Positions 56,830 through 64,000 of a DNA stretch of 64,000 nucleotides are shown here, piece by piece. A model generated the notes under the pieces. It was not told where the DNA came from. It saw nothing but the letters and a program-made list of their open reading frames with translations, and did not search any database. The stretch spans positions 8,732 through 72,731 of the forward strand of contig JAITTL010000027.1 in assembly GCA_031286985.1 (NCBI GenBank), given 5' to 3'. The position numbers and the translations under genes were made by a program. Origin of the DNA: Endomicrobium sp. (GTDB lineage: Bacteria > Elusimicrobiota > Endomicrobiia > Endomicrobiales > Endomicrobiaceae). Position 1 is the first letter of the stretch, and every line of letters begins with the position of its first letter.

Positions 56830-58404
56830 TTATTTTATTCTCATCGCTTTTTCAATCTTACGTATTAACGTTGTTACATCTTTGCATCTTTTAACATCAT
56901 GGTTTTGCAAATAATAATCCTTTATACGTTCTAAAATTTTTATCGCTTTGTCATAATCTTCTAGTTCATAATAACAATCTGGCTTCAATTTAATCGCGGA
57001 CATAAAATCAGTAAATGCTTTTTCATAATCTTCTAATTCATAATGGGCTAAACCTCTGCAATAAAAAAACCCATAATTATTAGGATTTAATTTAATTGCT
57101 GAAGTATAATCATCAATTGCTTTGCCATATTTTTTTAATTCACAATACGCCCAGCCTCTATTAGCAAATGCTTTCCAACGATTAGGATTTAATTTAATTG
57201 CTGAAGTATAATCATCAATTGCTTTGCCATATTTTTTTAATTCACAATACGCCCAGCCTCTATTAGCAAATGCTTTCCAACTATTGGGATTTAACTTGAT
57301 TAGAGATGTAAAATCTGCAACCGCTTTATCATATTCTTTCAATTGCAAATATGCCAAACCTCTATTAAGAAATATTTTATAACAATTAGGATTTAACTTG
57401 ATTGTAGATGTAAAATCTGCAACTGCTTTATCATATTCTTTCAATTGCAAATATGCCAAACCTCTGCAACAAAAAAACCTATAATCATTAGGATTTAATT
57501 TAATTGCTGAAGTACAATCATCAATTGCTTTGCCATATTTTTCTAATTCACAATACGCCCAGCCTCTATTAGCAAATGCTTCCCAACTATTGGGATTTAA
57601 CTTAATTAGAGATGTGCAATCGACAACCGCTTTATCATATTCTTTCAATTGCAAATATGCCAAACCTCTATTGAGAAATGCTTCATGACAGTTAGGATTT
57701 AACTTTATTACAGATATACAATCTGCAACCGCTTTATCATATTCTTTCAATTGCAAATATGCAAAACCTCTATTGAGAAATGCTTTCCAACTATTGGGAT
57801 TTAACTTTATTACAGATGTAAAATCTGCAACCGCTTTATCATACTCTTTCAATTGCAAATATGCAAAACCTCTATTAAGAAATGCTTCATGACAGTTAGG
57901 ATTTAACTTTATTACAGATATACAATCTGCAACTGCTTTATCATATTCTTTCAATTGCAAATATGTCAAACCTCTGCAATAAAAAAACCCATAATTATTA
58001 GGATTTAATTTAATTACTGAAGTATAATCACCAATTGCTTTGCCATATTTTTTTAATTCACAATACGCCCAGCCTCTATTAGCAAATGCTTTCCAACTAT
58101 TGGGATTTAACTTGATAGCAGACGTAAAATCTGCAACCGCTTTATCATATTCTTTCACTTGCAAATATGCCAAACCTCTATTAAAAAATGTTCCATAACA
58201 GTTAGGATCTAATTTAATTGCCGAAGTAAAATTATCAATTGACTTTTTATATTCTTTTGATTCATAACACACCTTACCTCTGAGACAAAACGCTTTATAT
58301 TTACAATTGTCTTTATCTTTGACTTCACCAACTACAGTGCCAACACAAAATTGAATACACCAACACAACGATAATATCTTCAGAGCTTTTCTCATATATT
58401 TCAC
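56830..58404 (-). CDS. Secreted tetratricopeptide-repeat (TPR) array protein
   Basis: 524 aa. Hydrophobic N-terminus (ALKILSLCWCIQFCVG). About 13 consecutive 34-aa TPR units, each ending in IKLNPN (consensus AFxNRGxAYxxLKEYDKAVADFTSxIKLNPN). Confidence 0.85.
   Translation of the reverse strand: MKYMRKALKILSLCWCIQFCVGTVVGEVKDKDNCKYKAFCLRGKVCYESKEYKKSIDNFTSAIKLDPNCYGTFFNRGLAYLQVKEYDKAVADFTSAIKLNPNSWKAFANRGWAYCELKKYGKAIGDYTSVIKLNPNNYGFFYCRGLTYLQLKEYDKAVADCISVIKLNPNCHEAFLNRGFAYLQLKEYDKAVADFTSVIKLNPNSWKAFLNRGFAYLQLKEYDKAVADCISVIKLNPNCHEAFLNRGLAYLQLKEYDKAVVDCTSLIKLNPNSWEAFANRGWAYCELEKYGKAIDDCTSAIKLNPNDYRFFCCRGLAYLQLKEYDKAVADFTSTIKLNPNCYKIFLNRGLAYLQLKEYDKAVADFTSLIKLNPNSWKAFANRGWAYCELKKYGKAIDDYTSAIKLNPNRWKAFANRGWAYCELKKYGKAIDDYTSAIKLNPNNYGFFYCRGLAHYELEDYEKAFTDFMSAIKLKPDCYYELEDYDKAIKILERIKDYYLQNHDVKRCKDVTTLIRKIEKAMRIK
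56970..58299 (-). repeat. Tandem 102-bp (and nested 204-bp) coding repeats of the TPR gene
   Basis: The period is 102 bp throughout. 57079-57179 and 57181-57281 are identical over 101 nt. Other units share long identical stretches (for example the ...TTTAACTTTATTACAGAT... blocks around 57700 and 57900). Confidence 0.9.
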
Positions 58405-58588
58405 TTTTATAATCCCCTATTTCGCAAAATTATAAACACAAAGACAAGAATACATCAAGAATATATTTTGACATTTATCTTTTTCATTCAAATAAATTAC
58501 AGTGATAACCATATCTGTTTACGAGGTACACAAAATACGTTATGGAATGCAAGGGTCCACAGCATATTGGGCTTTTGAAAGGAATAAC

Positions 58589-58639
58589 CCAGTCTAGTTA
58601 TAGCATAAAGGAACAATCCAGTCTAGTTGCAGCACAAAG
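58589..58639. repeat. Two 22-bp direct repeats in the tsaB / TPR-gene intergenic region
   Basis: CCAGTCTAGTTATAGCATAAAG (58589-58610) and CCAGTCTAGTTGCAGCACAAAG (58618-58639) are 19/22 identical with a 29-bp period. A partial inverted copy CTTTGTGTGCT lies at 58673-58683. Confidence 0.6.
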
Positions 58640-58848
58640 TAATGGGGTAGTAAAATTAGGACTTTTATGTGTTCTTTGTGTGCTATCTCAAACAAAATAA
58701 TTGGCTAAATTATATTGATTTTGGAATCTGCCTTGATTAAATATTTACGAACTGTTTTCTCAACATTAAACAGACAAGTTGAAACATTGGGTTAAAAAAC
58801 AATACAAAATGGTAAAGAGGAAATAGTGTAATTATTCATACACTGTTC

Positions 58849-59505
58849 TTATTTCCTATTTGTTTCCTCAGCCCATGAGCGGCGAATGTATAGAGGTTTT
58901 ATTTTTGCATAAATTTCATCTTTGGTGGAGTAAAAAGCCAATGTTGCTAAAACTTGAGCCTTAGGAATGTGCATACTGTACGGTAGAGATACGCTGTATT
59001 TGCCGAGCTCTTTGCTAAGCTTTTCTTTGTAAACTATAGCACCGTTCCCTATTACAAGTATCTCATTTTTATATTTTTCTGAGTCTTTTATAAACGAATC
59101 TATATTTTTGGTTATAATTTCTCTCCCGGCTTTCACATAAACTTCATTTCTTAAAGCATCTATAGCAGACACTATTTTTGTTCCTTTAATTTTTACAAAG
59201 GATTTTTCTAAAATTGTCAAGGTATCAATAGCTGTAACAGGTTTATCCAATATTTGAGCAAATGTTTTTACAGCTGTCATGCCAACCCTTATGCCTGTAA
59301 AACTTCCAGGCCCTGTTGATACAGCAAATTTATCGATTGAGTTAAAGGTATTACCTGTGTCTTTTAATAATCTTTCAATTACCAAAATGATCATCTCGGA
59401 ATGTATATTGCCATAATCATAGTAGCATGATGCAATCGTTATATCGTTTTCATTTAAGGCTACACTAAACGTTTTTCCTGAAGTTTCTACAGCTAAAATT
59501 TTCAT
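58849..59505 (-). CDS. tsaB: tRNA threonylcarbamoyladenosine biosynthesis protein TsaB
   Basis: 218 aa. MKILAVETSG..., GPGSFTGIRVG motif. Overlaps the tsaE 3' end. Confidence 0.9.
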   Translation of the reverse strand: MKILAVETSGKTFSVALNENDITIASCYYDYGNIHSEMIILVIERLLKDTGNTFNSIDKFAVSTGPGSFTGIRVGMTAVKTFAQILDKPVTAIDTLTILEKSFVKIKGTKIVSAIDALRNEVYVKAGREIITKNIDSFIKDSEKYKNEILVIGNGAIVYKEKLSKELGKYSVSLPYSMHIPKAQVLATLAFYSTKDEIYAKIKPLYIRRSWAEETNRK

Positions 59506-59965
59506 ATTTTTTCTCTATCTTTATTTTTCTTATAGAACCCATATCTTCAATTTCAACGTTCCAATAACTATCATTGAAACTTCCAATAAGTCTATCTGCC
59601 CACTCAATAAGTGAAATGTTTTTACTGTAAATATATTCTTCTATACCTATGTCTAGAATATTAGAAGGCTCAAGTCTATACAGATCAAAATGAAAAAGCT
59701 TTAAATCTCCGGCGTTGTATTCATTCACAATTATAAAACTTGAACTTTTTGCAAAACCTTTGTTTCCAAATGCTTTTATAACACCTTGTGCAAAAATTGT
59801 TTTTCCACTTCCTAAGTCTCCATTTAAAAAAACAATATCGCTGCTTCTTAGTACAGACGCAAATCTTTCACCTAGATTTCTTGTTTCGTCTGGGTTTTTA
59901 GTGACAAAAATATTTTGCTTAGAAATGTTTATATCCCAAATATTGGATCTTTTGTTCTTTCCCAT
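59465..59965 (-). CDS. tsaE: tRNA threonylcarbamoyladenosine biosynthesis ATPase TsaE
   Basis: 166 aa. Walker A GDLGSGKT, then HFDLYRL and IEWA motifs. Confidence 0.9.
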   Translation of the reverse strand: MGKNKRSNIWDINISKQNIFVTKNPDETRNLGERFASVLRSSDIVFLNGDLGSGKTIFAQGVIKAFGNKGFAKSSSFIIVNEYNAGDLKLFHFDLYRLEPSNILDIGIEEYIYSKNISLIEWADRLIGSFNDSYWNVEIEDMGSIRKIKIEKKYENFSCRNFRKNV

Positions 59966-60911
59966 TGTAAAAATATCTCACCTTGTTTGACAGATTAACT
60001 TCTCCTATATAAGAAATTTGTGGAACCAGTTTTTTCAATATCTTTGCCTCTGAAGCCGGTACTGTAAAAACAAGTTCATAGTCTTCTGCGCCCAACAACA
60101 TAAAATTCAACTGCTTTTGGCTATCTTTGAAAACCCTCTTTAGAGCTGTCGAAATCGGAATTTTATCTATACAAATATCTGCACCTTTACAAAAATTTTT
60201 TGTAAGTAGCTCTATTGAAACATACAATCCATCAGAAGCATCTGTTAGAGAAGTTAAATATTTTGATATCTTCCACGCTTCGTGGAGTCTTGCTTTAGGA
60301 CTATTTTGTTTTGAAATTAGGAAACGTTCATACTTGGTATATTTATGTTTTTTCCCATATTTACACAAAAGTTCAACACCACCCCCAGCATCTCCAAATG
60401 TGTTTGTTATACCAATTAAATCACCAGCATTGGCACCACTTCTTTTAACTATTCCATCATTACAAACAACACCGATGATTGTGACAGATATCACAATTTT
60501 ATCGGCTCTTACAGTGTCTCCACCTGCTATAAGTATTTGGTATTTATCGCAAATTTTTTTAAAGCCCTTATATAGATTTTTTATAAATATTTCCGATGTA
60601 GTTGACGGAACACCCAATCCTATAAACGTATATTTAGGTTTTACATTACCCATAGCCGCTATATCACTCACATTTACTTCAATAGCTTTTTGGCCAAGAG
60701 TTTGTGGCATTATCCATTCTTTTTTAAAGTGGACATTTTCAATTAGCAGGTCTTTTGTTACACAAAGGCTCTGTTTGCCCAATTTGAAACAAAAACTATC
60801 ATCACCTAACCCAACAGTAACATTTTTTTCAGTTTTTGAATTTAAAATCTGATTTTTAATTATATCTATCAGACCGAATTCCCCTATCGATGCAATGCTT
60901 CCATTTTTCAT
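59919..60911 (-). CDS. thiL: Thiamine-monophosphate kinase
   Basis: 330 aa AIR-synthase-like fold. IGEFGLID, GLGDD, NVSDIAAMG, TDASDGL motifs. Confidence 0.85.
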   Translation of the reverse strand: MKNGSIASIGEFGLIDIIKNQILNSKTEKNVTVGLGDDSFCFKLGKQSLCVTKDLLIENVHFKKEWIMPQTLGQKAIEVNVSDIAAMGNVKPKYTFIGLGVPSTTSEIFIKNLYKGFKKICDKYQILIAGGDTVRADKIVISVTIIGVVCNDGIVKRSGANAGDLIGITNTFGDAGGGVELLCKYGKKHKYTKYERFLISKQNSPKARLHEAWKISKYLTSLTDASDGLYVSIELLTKNFCKGADICIDKIPISTALKRVFKDSQKQLNFMLLGAEDYELVFTVPASEAKILKKLVPQISYIGEVNLSNKVRYFYNGKEQKIQYLGYKHF

Positions 60912-60940
60912 TTGACCTAGATTATATCAATTTTAGTACA

Positions 60941-62908
60941 ATGAAAAAGCTCTTATGCATCACAGGCATTGCACTCTTTGCTTTGCATAGCGGTCGTATA
61001 CCATCTATTATAGTGTCAAAAATAGTTCATTCATCTAGAACCAAAATCATGATGATAAATGAAAAAAGAAATTCACGTATCTGTAATTGCCAAATAATAA
61101 AAATACTTTGTAAAAGACCCGCTATAACAATTTTTATAGGGTATGTCTCTCTATTAATTTTATTGGATATCTTTGGATATTTTTCGTATGAAAACCAGAG
61201 CTCACTTTATAACTTGGTTAAAAATGATGATATTGTTTCAATTGAAGGAAAAGTTATATCTGCTTGGCATAACGTAAAACATAAAAAGAGATTTGTACTC
61301 AAAACTAGTACTGTAAATGGAAAAATCATAAATGAAAAAATTATAGTAAACCTGCCATCTGTGTACTGTGTATCCTATGGAGATATAGTAAAGGTTGAGG
61401 GAAAACTAAAAAAACCTTTTTCTGCTGATTTCCCATCAACCTTTGATTATCAAAAATATCTTGCAAGAAATAAAATTTATATTACATTAGATACATTTTC
61501 TTTTGAATATATAAAATCAAAACCAAGCATTATCAAAAAATTTGCAGTTATATTTCAACTAGACATAAGTAATAAAATTGACACATATCTCAAGAAACCG
61601 TGTTCTGATATTTTAAAATCATTGATCATCGGCGATAAAAGTTCTCTTGCAACTGATATCAAAAATACTTTTTCAGATTCTGGTGTAATGCACGTCTTAG
61701 TTGTTAGCGGACTGCATATAGGTTTTATAGGTATTATCGTTCTTTTTGTTTTAAAGTTGACTGGACTTTCTTTGAAAAGAGCTTCCTTATTAAGTATTCC
61801 GTTTATATTTTTTTATGCTATTGCTACTGGCGCAAACCCGCCAGCTCTAAGATCAGCAATAATGTTTTCCTGTATAATTTTTTCTTTAGCATTAGATAGG
61901 GAACCTTTAATATACAACTCGCTTGCTTTATCTGCATTGGCGACACTTATATTTCAGCCACAGCAACTGTTTACTGCATCTTTTCAAATGTCTTACGGTG
62001 CAACGATAGGAATTGTTTGTTTTTACAAACATATTTTGAGATTTTTTGAAAATATAAAGAACAAACCACTACGTTTCATATGTAGTGTACTATCCATTAC
62101 TATTTCAGCTCAGATAATTTTGGTACCGATTTGTATGTACTATTTTGGTAAAATTTCAGTAGTATCTCTTGTAGCAAATACAGTAATTGTCCCTCTCATT
62201 GGCCTTGTTCTCTATTTGGGTGTTATTTTTTATGTTTTAACTTTTATATTGCAATATGCTGCAACATTATGTTCAATTATTCTCTGTATATTTCTCAATT
62301 TTATTTTATCTGTTACAATGTTTTTAGGAAATCTCAAATTTGCTTCTATAAATATAGCAAAACCATCAATTACACAGCTTCTGTTGTTTTTCTTATTCCT
62401 TTTTTGTATTGCATGTTTTAAAAATAGAAAAAGAATTGTGGTTTCAGGAATCGTATTAATACTGAATTTAGGATATTTGATTTGTCCTATGCTGTATGAA
62501 AAAAACAAAATATTCTTTAACGTATACAATGGAATCAATATAACCACCTTACTCGTAAGAAATAATTCGAAAAGCACACTTTTTCTTTATAACAAAACAA
62601 AGTATTACGACAAATACTACATCAATTCATTTAAACAGTTTATATTATTTTCCGGTATAAAAAAACCCAACATAAAAGTAGCTGGTTTAGATAAGAAAAA
62701 GATACTTTATGATTTGGCAAATTTTAAAGTTGACGTGATAGAAAGCACTGGGGATGCATTAAAAGAAATCTTTGATTTTTATTTTGACGATTATCTTATA
62801 CATATCGATTTCCATAAAAATAAACTTTATATTAATAACACAGAATTTAGCTTAAAAAACAGCTCTTCTTTTTGTTTCAGTACAAAAAGACAAGAGAAAA
62901 AATCTTAA
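60941..62908 (+). CDS. comEC: ComEC/Rec2-family membrane protein (OB/DUF4131 + competence domain; C-terminal beta-lactamase-like region degenerate)
   Basis: Competence-domain TM core (SDSGVMHVLVVSGLHIGF..., FQMSYGATIGI..., ISVVSLVANTVIVPLIG). The ORF track starts at 60890, inside divergent thiL. The ATG at 60941 or 61049 is the more plausible start. There is no HxHxDH motif in the last roughly 170 aa. Confidence 0.75.
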   Translation: MKKLLCITGIALFALHSGRIPSIIVSKIVHSSRTKIMMINEKRNSRICNCQIIKILCKRPAITIFIGYVSLLILLDIFGYFSYENQSSLYNLVKNDDIVSIEGKVISAWHNVKHKKRFVLKTSTVNGKIINEKIIVNLPSVYCVSYGDIVKVEGKLKKPFSADFPSTFDYQKYLARNKIYITLDTFSFEYIKSKPSIIKKFAVIFQLDISNKIDTYLKKPCSDILKSLIIGDKSSLATDIKNTFSDSGVMHVLVVSGLHIGFIGIIVLFVLKLTGLSLKRASLLSIPFIFFYAIATGANPPALRSAIMFSCIIFSLALDREPLIYNSLALSALATLIFQPQQLFTASFQMSYGATIGIVCFYKHILRFFENIKNKPLRFICSVLSITISAQIILVPICMYYFGKISVVSLVANTVIVPLIGLVLYLGVIFYVLTFILQYAATLCSIILCIFLNFILSVTMFLGNLKFASINIAKPSITQLLLFFLFLFCIACFKNRKRIVVSGIVLILNLGYLICPMLYEKNKIFFNVYNGINITTLLVRNNSKSTLFLYNKTKYYDKYYINSFKQFILFSGIKKPNIKVAGLDKKKILYDLANFKVDVIESTGDALKEIFDFYFDDYLIHIDFHKNKLYINNTEFSLKNSSSFCFSTKRQEKKS

Positions 62909-62949
62909 ATGCAAAAGAAAAAATGCCAACAATTCAACTTGTGAAGTGT

Positions 62950-63546
62950 TTATATGTTATGTATCAACTTGTACTTATTGGCTAAATTAGAAGCTGCTTT
63001 ATCTATATCAGACGCATTTATTTCATCAAAAGTTTCAACGGCCAAATTTTTTACAGCATTTATTTTAACCTCATCTTCCTTGGGGAACTTAGCCAAAACA
63101 AAATCCACCATATTCATAAATTTGGGTAACGGGCCTATCCCAAACTTCGCTCTTGGAAAATCATCAGTTCCAAGATGTTCTATTATGGATTTTATACCGT
63201 TATGCCCACCAGCAGAACCAGACATTCTAATTTTATAATCTCCCAATGGTATGGAAAAATCATCGTAACAAACAAGAATCTCTTTTACACTGATTTTATG
63301 ATATTTTATAAAACATGATATAGCATCTCCGGAAGAGTTCATAAAAGTCGTAGGTTTCAAAAGCCACACTTTCCACGCTGGGGCCTCAAAAAAAGAAACA
63401 TCAGCCACATTGTCCCAATTTTTAAATTCAATCCCTTTAGCCATCGCTATAGAATCAAGAACCATAAAACCAAGATTGTGACGTGTATTTTCATATTTAT
63501 GACCAGGGTTACCAAGCCCAACAAAAAGCTTAATCTGGGTTGACAA
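62950..63546 (-). CDS. pth: Peptidyl-tRNA hydrolase
   Basis: 198 aa. LFVGLGNPGHKYENTRHNLGF and GGHNGIKSI motifs. Confidence 0.95.
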   Translation of the reverse strand: MSTQIKLFVGLGNPGHKYENTRHNLGFMVLDSIAMAKGIEFKNWDNVADVSFFEAPAWKVWLLKPTTFMNSSGDAISCFIKYHKISVKEILVCYDDFSIPLGDYKIRMSGSAGGHNGIKSIIEHLGTDDFPRAKFGIGPLPKFMNMVDFVLAKFPKEDEVKINAVKNLAVETFDEINASDIDKAASNLANKYKLIHNI

Positions 63547-63879
63547 TCAATAAGCTCCATAATTTATGTTAAAATAAACTGAAAAATTGCCATCTATATA
63601 TACAAAATCTAAATGCGGACTACTGTTATGTTGGCAGAAAGTACAACTCTGTTCATAATTCCCTCTCAATAGGAAGGCTTAAATAGTCAACTACTAAATC
63701 TCTGTCTATTTGATCTATCGCTGCTACAATCATTTTTCATTTTTCTTAAAAAAAACATCAGCCACATTAACTAATCGTTCCTACCATGTTCATCCGTGTT
63801 TTTCAGGTTCTAGGCTCTTTGACACTACGGTGTTGTACTACCATATAAACTACTCCTACTTTTCTAAACCTACCTCCTT

Positions 63880-64000
63880 CTAAAATTTATAATTAAACCC
63901 TAAGTTTGCACCTATGTCCTGGAAGTGTTTGGCTCCAGCGTATCGAACCATCGCTGACGTTCCAAACCCTTTCCCTAAGTCTAAGCTTAATCCTAATGCT
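63880..64000 (-). CDS. 3' end of an outer-membrane beta-barrel protein gene (partial; continues beyond the window end)
   Basis: Minus-strand translation gives ...ALGLSLDLGKGFGTSAMVRYAGAKHFQDIGANLGFNYKF* (stop at 63882-63880). Alternating hydrophobic residues and a terminal aromatic-x-F resemble the autotransporter C-terminus at 23031 (...AGLGYRF). Only 39 codons are visible. Confidence 0.4.
   Translation of the reverse strand, partial: ALGLSLDLGKGFGTSAMVRYAGAKHFQDIGANLGFNYKF

Noticed and set aside
63935-63955. A TCGAACC string reminiscent of a tRNA T-arm.
   Set aside because: No acceptor or anticodon stems can be built around it. It lies within the coding 3' end of the partial OMP gene.
1-64000. 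Mobile elements, prophage, defence islands and toxin-antitoxin pairs.
   Set aside because: I found no transposase, integrase, recombinase, reverse transcriptase, Cas, restriction-modification or small paired-ORF signatures, and no terminal inverted repeats flanking any block. The window reads as core genome.

Overview
The window is AT-rich and gene-dense (roughly 90% coding). It looks like core chromosome from a diderm (Gram-negative-type) bacterium. I cannot assign a lineage without a database search. The sugar-phosphate antiporter, NfnAB, class II RNR and split transketolase would fit an anaerobic, possibly host-associated organism. About 60 protein genes are supported. Positions 1 to 46684 are transcribed entirely from the minus strand, with many 4-47 nt start/stop overlaps.

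Genes recognised (all calls rest on motif and family recognition by eye, with no searches run):
- Phosphate and nucleotide metabolism: pstS-pstC-pstA-pstB-pstB (fused to guaA by an ATGA overlap), dcd, nrdR-nrdJ, dCMP deaminase, nadE.
- Carbon metabolism and transport: UhpC/GlpT-like antiporter, split transketolase, rpiB, tpiA, leuCD-type dehydratase, metNIQ.
- Nitrogen and redox: amt-glnK, nfnAB.
- Translation and tRNA modification: tyrS, thrS, trpS, glyQS, tsaD, tsaB, tsaE, dusB, pth.
- Envelope and division: a rearranged cpoB-tolA-tolB / pal cluster, and an ftsX/envC-like pair.
- Other: DJ-1/PfpI protein, scpAB, thiL, comEC.

I did not recognise any rRNA, tRNA, CRISPR array, transposase, integrase, toxin-antitoxin pair or defence genes. 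This is mostly an ordinary housekeeping region, and I see no compelling evidence for a wholly new multi-gene system.

The least ordinary parts, in my order of interest:
1. 47.2-50.5 kb: a tightly coupled three-gene plus-strand operon. It encodes a signal-peptide-bearing tandem SpoVG-like protein and two membrane GAF-GGDEF cyclases.
2. 23.0-24.9 kb: an autotransporter whose passenger is a DUF1810 domain, normally a small cytosolic protein. A 7 x 42-bp proline-rich repeat links it to the barrel. It sits in one transcription unit with an LpoB-like lipoprotein and a large lipoprotein.
3. 46.1-46.7 kb: an M50 site-2-protease homologue in which both HExxH histidines are replaced.
4. 29.2-31.1 kb: a stand-alone cNMP-binding protein next to a polytopic PHP-domain membrane protein, directly behind tolB.
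5. 56.8-58.4 kb: a secreted 13-unit TPR array containing a near-perfect 102-bp tandem duplication.
6. Several long intergenic stretches (18.2-18.6, 20.2-20.75, 54.3-54.9, 58.4-58.85 kb) containing repeats or hairpins that I could not assign.
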